This document shows, in pieces, positions 29,701 to 40,780 of a stretch of 64,000 nucleotides of DNA. Numbering within the stretch: position 1 is the first letter of the stretch; each line of letters starts with the position of its first letter. The notes below the pieces were generated by a model. That model worked only from the letters and a program-made list of their open reading frames with translations. It had not been told where the DNA came from and did no database searches. The translations under genes and the position numbers were made by a program. The DNA comes from Macrostomum lignano. Taxonomy: Eukaryota. Location of the stretch: assembly GCA_002269645.1 (NCBI GenBank), contig NIVC01003682.1, forward strand, positions 1-64,000, read 5' to 3'.

Positions 29701-32700
29701 GCGTCACAGCTGGCGGCGCTCGCGTCACCAAGGCGAACCGTCCCAATTTAAAAAGGGCGGACTGGACTGGCTTCTGAAGGGACCTTGAGTCTCTGATCAG
29801 CAGAGAACCGGCCGATGACCTGGAAGGCTGCGATGATATTCCGAGCATTGAAGCACGCTGCAACAAACTTGTCGAGCTGCTTAATGCGGCCACGATCAAG
29901 AACGCTCCTCCGATTGTCAGTAGAAAGAAGTACTCACCTTGGTGGAACAAGGAGCTCACCCGCTTAAAAAAGGCCTCCCGTCGGCTGCATCGGATTGCCA
30001 ACCGGAACAACACCCCAGAAGACTGGGAGAACTACCACTCTGCTTTGAGAATCTACAAGAGTTGCATCCGGAAGGCCAAAAAGGACACCTGGAAGGCCTT
30101 CTGCGCCGGTTTAGAGGGCCAGCATCCTACTGCCCGGCTGGTCAAGTCCCTCAGGCATGACAACCTCGCCCAGTGTAACTCCCTCCTCCATTTGGATGGC
30201 AACTATTCCAGAACCGCCGAGGAATCCCTCAATCTGCTTTTCTCAGCTTGTTTCCCCACATGCGAGCATCCTGAGCAAATCGTTGCTGATCACAACCCAA
30301 GAGATCGACAGCTTTTCGAGCAGTGCGCCACCAAGAGCTTAATTCAGCTGGCCGCCAACACTTTTAAGCCGTTCAAAGCCCCCGGCATTGACAATATCGC
30401 CCCCTGTGTTCTCCAGGAAGCGGTTAAGCTGCAGAGCTTCTCTGCCTTTTTCTCTAAGCTCATCATTGACTGTTTCACCACTGGGTACATTCCCACTATC
30501 TGGAGGACCGCTCGGGTGGTCTTCATCCCCAAGCCTGCCAAAGGCGACTATTCTAATGTGAAATCTTTCCGCCCCATCAGCCTTACATCCTTCTGCATTA
30601 AGCTGATGGAGAGACTCATCTTGTGGAGGCTGCGCTACTGCGAGTTAAGGACGGCACCCATAAGTAAGCACCAATTCGCCTTCCAGCCAGGTAAAACCAC
30701 CGAGCACGCTTTGCATGTTATTACCTCAGCCATTGAGAAAGCTATCCTGAGTAAGCAGATTGCCTGTGGGCTTTTCTGCGATATCGACGGGGCCTTCAAT
30801 AACGTTTTGTTTGGCTCCTTCAGTGACTCCCTTTTGCAGAAAAAGGTCCGACCCAGCATTGTGCGTTGGATCGACTTTATGATCCGGAACAGGAAGGTGA
30901 CTTCCTCCCTCATGGATGCCACCTGCACTCACACGGTTACTAAGGGCGGAGCCCAAGGTGGAGTGCTCACCCCGCTGCTCTGGAATCTCGTGATGGACGA
31001 GCTCCTGACGGCTGACGTCCCCAGCAGCATAGTCAAGGCTGGCTACGCTGATGATGTCGCTGCTATTGTCAGTGGCCCTGACACCAGTACCCTCCGAAGC
31101 TTAATGCAGCAGTTCGCCGATAAGGCGCAAGCCTGGGCTACCCGGCACGGCCTAACCATTAGCACCGCTAAGACGGTGTCCATTATCTTCACCAGGAAGC
31201 GGAAGTGGAGCATGCGGAACCTCACCATCTACGGTAAGGACATACCCTTAGTCAAGGAAACTAAGTATCTAGGTGTGACGCTCACCCACGATCTGCGTTG
31301 GACCAAGCACGCTGACAATGTCATCGGGCGCGCCAGGCGCTGCTTTGCGCAGGTGAGGAGAGCCATCGGGCCTACTTGGGGTCTTTCTCCCAAGACGGTC
31401 AGATGGATTTACACCGGCATCGTTCGGCCCAGTATCACCTACGCGTGTGTTATCTGGTCCAGTGCGTTGGAGTTGAAGACTGTACGGGATCGGTTGTACC
31501 AGCTGCAGGGTAACATCTGCCGAGCCATCACCGGTGCGTATCCATCCACCCCTTACGAGGGGCTCAACACCATCCTCAGCATGCCTCCGCTGCATTTGTT
31601 CATTAGAGCTGAGGCGATGAAGGGCGCCGCGCGTCTCATCTGTGATAAATTTATTGCTAACACGCCCTCGGGCTTCATGCCTGAGAAGACTCTTTTCCCA
31701 CATCTGGACTATATCCGTCGCGATCTTCAACGCATCCACCTCAATTTAGACGAGGTGGACTGCAGATCCCCCACTCTCATCCTCAGGAGGGGCTTCAAGT
31801 GTACTCTTCCACCGAGAGGGAGTCACCCGCTGGACGTGGGCATCAACCGGAGAAGCCAGGGTATTCACTGCTTCACTGACGGATCCCTGCGTGACGGTCT
31901 CGCTGGTGCAGGCATTGCCATTTTCCACAAGGGTGAAGCGATCTTACAAGAGAGTCTTCATCTTGGTGAGAATGTCTCGGTTTTTCAATCCGAAGTTGTA
32001 GCTATCAACCAGTGCGCTGAGCATTTGCACAAAGCTGGCATCAGCAGCTTTGACATTTATTTTTACTCTGACAGCCAGGCCGCTATTAAGGCCTTGTCTT
32101 CTATCAAGCTCTCAACCAAGTCAGTCTCAGACTGCCTCAAAAGCTTGCAGACCCTAGCGATTCTCAACAGGATCAATGTTATCTGGACACCAGGCCATAG
32201 CAACATCCTCGGCAACGAGCTTGTGGATCAGCTTGCCAAGCGGGGTTGCACCCCTGATGGAGCGCAACGCTCAGTCAAGTTACCTTCTCCGAAGTCATCA
32301 ATCAACCGCGCCATTCAAGATTGGCTGAACCGCCAGCATCAGACTCACTGGGACAGCTGCTCCGGATACCGGCAAGCACGAAAGGCTATGCCTGCCATTA
32401 ACCGGAAAGTATCCGAATATCTAATCTCCTTAAGTAAAACTGACCTGAGGGAGATGTGCATGGTCATTACTGGCCATGGCTTCTTCCAGAGACATATTTC
32501 ACTGCAAAGTGGCTGCTCCCCTATCTGCCCATTCTGTGATTTAGAGGAGGAAACCTCGACGCACCACGTCACTTTCTGCCCGCACTTCAACGAGGCGCGG
32601 AGGCGTCACCTCGGTCACCCGCTAAGGCTTGACGAGCTCACCACTCCGGACCGTATCCGTGATCTACGTGCATTCGTTCGGGATTCTGGGCGGATGAAAA

Positions 32701-33016
32701 TCGCAGACGCCACTCTCGCGAGCTCTTCTGCCGGCGAGGGGTGGGCGCAGCCCCAAGGCTAACGCCTTTCTGTTTCTGTTTAGCTTGGGGTTGCGATAGG
32801 GGCCTCGCGGCCTGTTCGCGGCGCTCTGCCCCCCGTCGGTAGTAAGTAAGTAAGGGGCAAAACGGGCAAACGAGGGAAGGGATCAGCAGCAACAGACAGA
32901 CAAAAGGAGGGAGGCGGGAAGCTGACCAGCGGCAGACAGCAACCCAGGGCGAGGGCGAGGGCAAGGGCGACTGCTGACAAAGTGCGACGCCTAACACCAA
33001 CTAGCGGATCACTACA
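26760..33016 (-). mobile_element. Possible solo-LTR-like sequence (26760-27530 plus 32852-33016) split by the LOA LINE
   Basis: On minus it starts TGTAGTGA at 33016 and has TATAAATA near 27160. A matching CA end and TSD were not found. Confidence 0.3.
27531..32851 (+). mobile_element. Non-LTR retrotransposon (LOA/R1-like) with ORF1 and ORF2 (APE + RT + RNase H + terminal Cys/His motif), inactivated
   Basis: ORF1 is split across frames (27748-28428 and 28374-28982). APE motifs QINLHH...IYLIQEPY and IIGCDANAH...DLT...SDH are broken by a frameshift (~29.4 kb) and a TGA at 29775. RT: KAPGID, FRPISL, QGGVLTPLLW, YADD. RNase H: FTDGS, SDSQAA, WTPGH. The element ends in a (TAAG)n tail and is flanked by duplicated aaggggcaaaac(G)ncaaacg. 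Confidence 0.92.
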
Positions 33017-34481
33017 CTTACATGTAGTTAAAACAGCAATTTAATATTTTTAAAATCACCTTGTGCAGATCAATCAAACTACTTCCATGCATAGCGTCTG
33101 CTGATTTCTGCTTTTACTTCTTAGTTGCTCAGGGTCTTACAACTGAACCGGGGATGTACGGGCGTGTAAGTTAACTTGCATGTTACATCTAAGTGTTACA
33201 TCTTGACAGCTATAACAGAACAAAGTCGAGTTAAAACAAACTGACTAGATGAATTGTATTTATAGTACTGCTGCATCAACTTTAAATATTTTGAAGCCAC
33301 AAAATGTATATAAAAATACGATTCTATTGCCTTTACTCTCGAATGAAATAGAGGACTTAAACTTTTAATTCTACTGCTTTTTCCGAGAAATCTAACAGTC
33401 TTTGTTGTTGCTGATGCTGATGATGCCCATTTGAATCGAACAAAGGCCATACGCCCATAACCACATAATTCTCGATTTCGAAACTCGAACTAATACTCGT
33501 CATACCCATGAACACGGTGTCTTGACTGCTGATTTTGGTTCCTTTTTAAATAGTTAATGTGGTTTAAATATCTGTTGGCGTTGCATCTATCTATGCAATA
33601 GGCCCTAGCCTAGGTAGGCCTATTGTCTATTTAGTATTGACCAGCTGTCCAGACTCCAGAGCAGTTATACATGTAAAACTTTGCTGCTATGTAAATGAAT
33701 AGTAGAGCAGACGAAATTGTATACAATGCCAATAAAAGAGTAGGCCTAACAGCCATTTTTTCTACAAGCAAATGATAGAAAGACTGCTAAAAATAAAGAC
33801 TGACCTTCCTTATAAAGGCATCTTTAGCTTACATGAGAGATTCTCTAATTTTAACTGAATGCAGCTTTGAAAAATGTATGCGAAGTACATGCAAAGTTCA
33901 GCTTTTTGTTCAAGTTCCTAAGTTCAAAGTTCAGGTTGTTGATAGGCCTATATATAATATTGTAAAATCTAATATATAATTTTAGTAGGCAATGTAAATC
34001 ATTTTGATAAGAATTTTGAATCAGAAATCAAATGGTCAATAACTTTTACAAGTAGTAAATGGGTTTGTTAAAGATGAATAAAATTTTTTTTGAAATTCAT
34101 ATTTGAATTTATGCAATTTTGGTTATAGCTTTATGTTTGTAGCTTTGGTTGACTTTAATTTCTAGAGACAGATAATAAAACATTTATTTTAATAAATGGC
34201 AATAAATAAATAAACTTACTTTTATAATTAAAGGCATAGGCTAATTATTGGATGTCACTTTGGCGACAGTCATTTTGGGCAACATATTTGGATCACTTTG
34301 GCGACAATTAGCTAAATATTGTAAGGGGAGAGAGGAGCAGGCAGAGACTGCAAGTCTAGCTGTGAGGGGAAAGAGAGGAGGAAAGGAGAGAGAAAGAAGA
34401 ACAGACAGACGACAGACAGACAGACAAATTGAGAAAGTACAAATACTCTTCAAACTACCATATGAAAATACATGTAATTTA

Positions 34482-35322
34482 CAGTGTTGGGCAAGTTACT
34501 CAAAAAAAGTAACTTGCGTTACTGTAACTTAAGTTACCAATTTTTAAAAGGTAACTTACGTTAGCCTAGTAACTTTAGACAAAAATCTGGTAACTTTTAA
34601 GTTACTGTCCGTTACTCACTTCCGTTACCCATGTTATTAACAAAAATTTTCAGCTTTTTTTCACATTGCACATTTTTTCACATTGTTGTTACCGAAATTT
34701 GCCATTGGGCATTGGGATTAACCGATTAACAGACAGAGACAGGAATTGGCGACACGATGTGAGGCAAGTAGAAGGACCAATGGGCAATGGCAATCAATAA
34801 TTAAAATTATAAATGATAAAATAAACGAATATCAATAATTCAATAGAGTAAAATAAATAGAACTGTATAAAATGGTGTAGTGTACTGCAGTGCCAGTGGA
34901 GGGACTTGTGGAGGCTACAGATGAATTTCTTTCTTTGGTTGTTTGTTTGAATCAAACTTGAAAATTTTTAGTAACGAAAATGAAAGGCGACAATATTTTA
35001 CCGAAATTAACAAAGTAAAACATGTTTCAAGTATTTCTTCATTAATTAAACGCAATACCATATGATACTATTCACTTAATTTTGAATTTAGGAATGAAAA
35101 ATGCAAAAACATGTGACAACCGGCGTAATAGCTAAGCATTTCAGTTTTAAATTTAAATATTGCGATTGTTGCAAAGTAACTGTAACGGACTTCTGAAATT
35201 TGAGTAACTTACCGTTACTCCGTTACTAAAATAAAAAAGTAACTTGCGTAAGGAACGCTTTACGAAAAAGTAACTTGCGTTACCATTTGCAAGTTACTCG
35301 GTAACGGAAGTGCCCAACACTG
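34482..35322. mobile_element. Non-autonomous hAT element (841 bp) nested in the MULE
   Basis: TIR cagtgttgggca...tgcccaacactg; perfect 8-bp TSD gtaattta (34474-34481 and 35323-35330); subterminal gtaac/gttac repeats. Confidence 0.93.
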
Positions 35323-37816
35323 GTAATTTACCTGGACATGTCAAACAGAGTGATGAGCTGTAGAAAAGCATTTGCTACCAGTATTCCTTTAAGCTCAAAG
35401 AATGCCCGGGAAATCTCGGCACTCGGCAAAAATGGCAGTGCCATCAACTTTCTGCAAAGGCGCTGGGTGCCATCATCAGTTGGCATATGCAATTTGCAGT
35501 CTGACAGTCTGTACGTGACGCCACACCACCTGCGTATAATGGAACACGCATCCCTGGATTTGGCCATTTGAGAAGACCTAGCGCAAGGCGCGCCACATGG
35601 CTGCCTCGTAGTCCAGGACAAAGCGTGACGGGCTAGAAGGAAAGGGAGGCAAATAATTATTAAATGCATGTTGCTTATATTTTTATACGCATGTAGGAAG
35701 TACATGTACAAAATGCATCTGCATGAAAAACACTCACGCTGCAAAAGGAATAAGTTCCATAATGGCTTGTAGGACCTTCCTATAGTCTTTGCGCCTTTTC
35801 CCCAACATAAGCACGAAAATAAGTGGAACCTGCTTGCGGCTGGCTTTGCTAGTACTCAAAACTAATGCGTGTATACTGTACAGTTGCACGAAAGGATGTT
35901 GCACTACACGAAATGTGCCATCCATGTACCAGGCTTTGGCCCAGGCAAGGAGAGACAGCATTTCTCTCGTAGCAAAGATGATATGCCGATAACCATCGGA
36001 GTGGATGTCTATTTGCAGGAATCCCTTTGAGATAGCATTCTGCTCCAGTTCGAACTGTAGATCAGATAGCTCATCTGGACAAGCTTGCCAGCATTGACAA
36101 TTCGCCGCTTGCGCCAGATTTGCAGCATTTGGTACACTGCTGGTGTGGCTTGTATGAAGTAAAATAAGAGATTTTAGAGGTATAGTGTACAGAAGACAGG
36201 AGAGATGGTGGAGAGAAAGAGAGGAGAGAGTAGAGAGAGAAGAGGAGGCAAGAGGCAAAGGTATGGTAATAAAGATAAGGTACATATGTAAGTTGCTTAC
36301 AGTGAACTGATCCATTGTGTGAAGAATCTCCTCACAAGCAACCTGATTTGCCGAGACAAACAGGTTAGCGGCAGCACGGCCAATTACTTGTTGTCGAAGC
36401 CAAGCTCTTTCAGCTGGAGAATGCTCAGGAGGGTCACAATGCTGGATCAGTCCCTTGGAGAAAGTGAGTTAAAAGGTCCCTTGAAACTGTTGCATGACAA
36501 TGAGTATGCAAGTTGTATTTGGCGCATCTTTAGTATATATTGCTGCCACATCAATGGCTGATGACAAATGTGTAGCCACCATCAACAACAAGCATATCCT
36601 TCTGCTTAGTGGAACCAGAATCGACAATCTTGGACTCAGGGCAGTTGTCATCCATGGCCATTCAAGGAGCTGGATCACTCATGTTGATCGACTCTGTGTC
36701 CTTACCACCTTGAAAACTCATGGCACCTGGCCCCTGGTCAGTAGTTGCACCAGCTGCACCTTCATGGGTGTTCGCAATTGGAGCGATTGTGGCAGCACCA
36801 GTTGGCAAGTCATCTGCAGCAGGTGCAGCTGCATTGTCAGCAAAATTGACATGTGGATATATGGCAAAGGAAGAAGGCACTGTCACAGCCTGCTCTATTT
36901 GCTGGCAGAGACTGCAAGTCCAGCTGAAATATTCATCCTCTTCACACAAAAAACAATATTCAATGGCAGACACTCCTAAAAATATAATACAGATCATATA
37001 TATATATTAAAAGTTGCAGAGTGTGGGACAGTGTGACAGTGAAAAACTAGCTAAATATCAATAAAAATGATAATCATCCTCTAAGAGACAGAGTGCAAGA
37101 TTAGAGAGGGAAAGAGAGAGAGAGAAAAAGAGAGAAAGAGAGATAGAGAGAAAAGAGGTCACGGCGTGTTTAAAAAAATCAAAAGACTAATTAATTTAAT
37201 ATGGGCTACCGGTTTCGAGCCTCTAGGCTCTTTGTCAGGCCAAAAACCAGTGTTTCATGCAGTGCAAGTTGGTCTTTTAAGTATTAGTTTTCTCAGTCTA
37301 ATAAAATTGCTGAGCTGCTGTACATATGAGGGGTATACATTTAAACTGGGTTCATTCTAGCTCTACCTTGTCCCAGAGGCTTTCAACCAGTCAGTTTAAG
37401 CGACGGTATATTTAGTATATTAAAAAAATTGTTTTTTCGAAGTACAATTAAATAAAATGCGGTATTGAGGGTGGGAGCATAAAAATCGATATTTGTGCGT
37501 ACAGTCAATCAGTTTGAATAAAATACATGACAAAGTGAATAAATATTGTAGTTCTATAGGTAAAAAGAGCGCATTGATTAAAACAATTCAATGGTTTCCT
37601 GGCTAGGACTTAAACTTATTGGGAGCCAGGAGGCTTTGTAAATTTTGTTGCTGTGTAAATGTGGGTAGTATGCGGGAGCCTGGTTTATTTTGTAGCTTCT
37701 CAAAGTTTTTAGCAATCTCATTGGCAAGCCAGACCATAGATGGGTGAAAAGGAAGGACCAGTGGAATGGGTCAGAGAAGATGATTGTTGACCCTAATGTT
37801 CGTACCTGGCGGTTTG

Positions 37817-38030
37817 TCAGTCCCCAGTTTTTTTAATCCAGATTTCTTCCCTTAGTTCGATTTTGTTGTTATTAAGAACTTGTTTGATAGCAATGGAGAC
37901 AAAGTTTGCAATCGAGTGATTGGGGGTGAGAAAGTGCTCAGATCCCGAAGTAACAACTCTCCTGTTAATATTTGACCTGTGCTGGTTCATTCTATCTCTC
38001 ATTGTTCTTCTAGTTCTTCTGTTCTTCTGT
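37817..38030 (-). mobile_element. Penelope-like element fragment (GIY-YIG endonuclease C-terminal part)
   Basis: RDRMNQHRSNI...EHFLTPNHS...LREEIWI matches the R-x-x-EH/HF...RE..WI pattern of Penelope endonucleases. It lies within the MULE PHD intron. Confidence 0.7.
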
Positions 38031-38102
38031 TCTTCTATATCTAAGAGACAGAGTGTGAGATTAGAGAGAGAAAGAGAGAGAGAGAAAAAGAGAGAAAGAG
38101 AA

Positions 38103-38171
<69 letters not shown>

Positions 38172-39930
38172 TGTACTTTGCTCACCTGTGTTACACTTCT
38201 AATGATACCAATGGTCGCACCCGTTGCATTGCAGAGCATGATGTTGAACGGAGACAAGCTCAAAACAAACGGGGCAGTTATAACTTATAGGTGTCGCTTT
38301 GCATTGTTGAATTAAGGTACAAATTATAAGTATTGATCCTCTTCAGATGATGTGTTGGTAAAAGTTGGTAAATCGCAGCACAGTTAAAGTTACATGTACA
38401 TGTAGGCAGCTCATACATGTATTTAATGTATTCAGAGAAGGATGGTCTTTTCCCATTCTATTAATACCCAGCTTTGTAAGTTAACCTGTACAACTAATGC
38501 ATTGTCGTGTAAATCAATTCTAGGTATAAATCTCAAGCAGTGGGAGGTCGAATATGAAACACTAAACATAGGCTAGTACATACCAGTATGTATTGTGTAT
38601 GAGCACAATGTGCTCGAGGTGTGGAAGAGTAGAGCAAGGTGATAAAATGTGGGTAGGCTGAACTATGCATTGCATTTTAAAATGAATGTATGAATCCAAA
38701 GAGAGATATACTAAAACAAATATGCACATAGAGGCGCATTATTGAATATACGCAAGTACAGTACAGTGTATATGCAAGCAATATTATATATTTAAGGGAT
38801 ATTATATATTTAAGTGATATTATATATTTAAGCGATATTATATATTTAAGCGATATTATATATTTAAGCGATATTATATATTTAAGCGATATTATTACTA
38901 GGATTAGCACTATGCTTATGCAATATATGTCTGTTGCCAAAGTAATCCAAATGTGTCGCCAAAGGGACTTGTCACCAAAGTGACTTGTAGCCGAAGTGAT
39001 TGGTGACCACCTTAGATGATATCTTTTTGCTAGGAAAATTCTGGTACATAGAAGCATTCTTAGGCTAATATCTTAGCAGATGCCATAGTCTGGATCATTA
39101 TATCATACTGGGTACATGCCTAAACAAAAATCAAATAATTATAAATGCACACCAAAAAATTGAATGCATGCCTATTCTCAAAACTACGAGGTGTTATGAC
39201 AATAATGAACTTACATTGTGACAATAAAAGACCTTTTCTAAATTGTGCAATTGACCTTTTTTGGCAAATAATTTAGTTAATTTTTTTGCCTTTTCAATGA
39301 TAATATTCATAATGAAAAAACTACATGCAAAGATTTGCTTAAATACTTTATTACAAACTTTAAAAACCTGGAAAACTTAAAATTTATGCTTAAAAATGAA
39401 CCTTTTTTCATCTTTTTTCTACTTCACAATAACTCTTCCACGTGATTCTATGAAATGAATGTTAGGTATACATGTACAATATTTTCTTAGGAGTAATACA
39501 CGCCAACTGTGCATGCTTATTTTGGCATGCAAGGCCAATGCACACCCAATTTTTGGGTGTATACTACATGATCTGGAGTGTGGAGCAGATGCAGCATAAG
39601 ATATGCTATGTCCATTGTATTTGATATAATACATGGAATAGTATATAACATAATGCAACAAATATAAAAAAGGATAAAAGCAACTATTTATTGAGAAAGT
39701 GTAGTTGTAATTATGGATAGTTATAAAAATGAACTATTATTGATAATTAAATACAGACAAAAAGCCTACATTAGAAAATGATACATGAAAAAAATATTAA
39801 AACAAAGTTGTCAATACAAAGTTGATTTTGAAAATAATGGGATTATTTTTTGTTTTTGGCCTTTGAATAAACTGTAGCTTGATTAATCATGATCTTAGTC
39901 ATAACCACAAATAAGTAATCATGCTTGGGT

Positions 39931-40074
39931 GCAACCTAGGGATTCACCCGGCCATTTCTATTGGCAACATATATGGCTATTGAATAAAATAGTAGTCATG
40001 TAACTGCTCTCAGCCAATAGCAACTTACATGTGTGTGTTGCCAATAGAAACAGCTGAGTGATTCCCAAGGTTGC
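39931..40074. mobile_element. Small MITE-like inverted repeat
   Basis: gcaacctagggattcacccggccatttctattggcaaca mirrors tgttgccaatagaaacagctgagtgattcccaaggttgc. Confidence 0.65.
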
Positions 40075-40780
40075 GCATGTATAAAAGTAATAAATTGTAT
40101 TTTCAAAAGTTTTTTGTTTAATTTACAAAATATATTAAGCATATTGGCAGAAAGGTAATAGAATTGTAATAAACAAGCAATTGAATAGTTTTAGAAAGGC
40201 AGGTCACCATTTCAAGTCTATGGCTACTATTGCATACCACTAAAGTCAATTTATCTTAACTTGAGCCCTTACTATCCCAACTACGAGTACAATGTGTATG
40301 TGGCATCAGATAGAATATCTCTTCTGTTTAAGTCCCCAAGCCCATGAATTTAAGAGCTTTCCTCATATTGACAGTGAAAAAACCATCTTTTAACATTAGT
40401 CTCAACCATCCCTATCGTACAATGGGCATATGGCATCAAAAGTCCTTGTTGCTTAAGTCCTTAGCCCTAGCCCCTAGGGACTTATAAGCTCACCTCACAA
40501 AAGCTTTGAAACTGGCAACATTGATTCATTTCTTAAACTTTTTCACTGCTCTACCCCCACCAATCAACTCAATGGCTCCAATAGTCTTTTAAGTCTTACA
40601 AGTTATTGAGTGGCCTAGATACAGGAACTAGATATGGAAATATGCGCTCCTGTAACCATATCTGTATCCAGAGTTACAATGAAACTCTAAATCATACGTT
40701 GCACTTTTCTACAGCCTTCCTGGCCAACTTTGCTCTTGTCTTTCATTGGACACTCTGCCAAGCGCCAAGTCCATTATTAG

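Larger units (their letters stand above)
34250..39011 (-). mobile_element. Decayed Mutator-like (MULE) transposon carrying a spliced PHD-FLYWCH-DDE transposase pseudogene
   Basis: Degenerate inverted ends built of gtcactttggcgaca subrepeats (34250-34306 vs 38933-39011). DDE remnant AWYMDGTF...QLYSIHA...PLIFVLM...DYRKVL (35734-36315) and LMALPFLP (35328-35744). FLYWCH-like GSTKQKDMLVVDGGYTF...IY*RC...C at ~36.45-36.65 kb. PHD split over exons 38283-38186 and 36975 onward. Confidence 0.82.
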
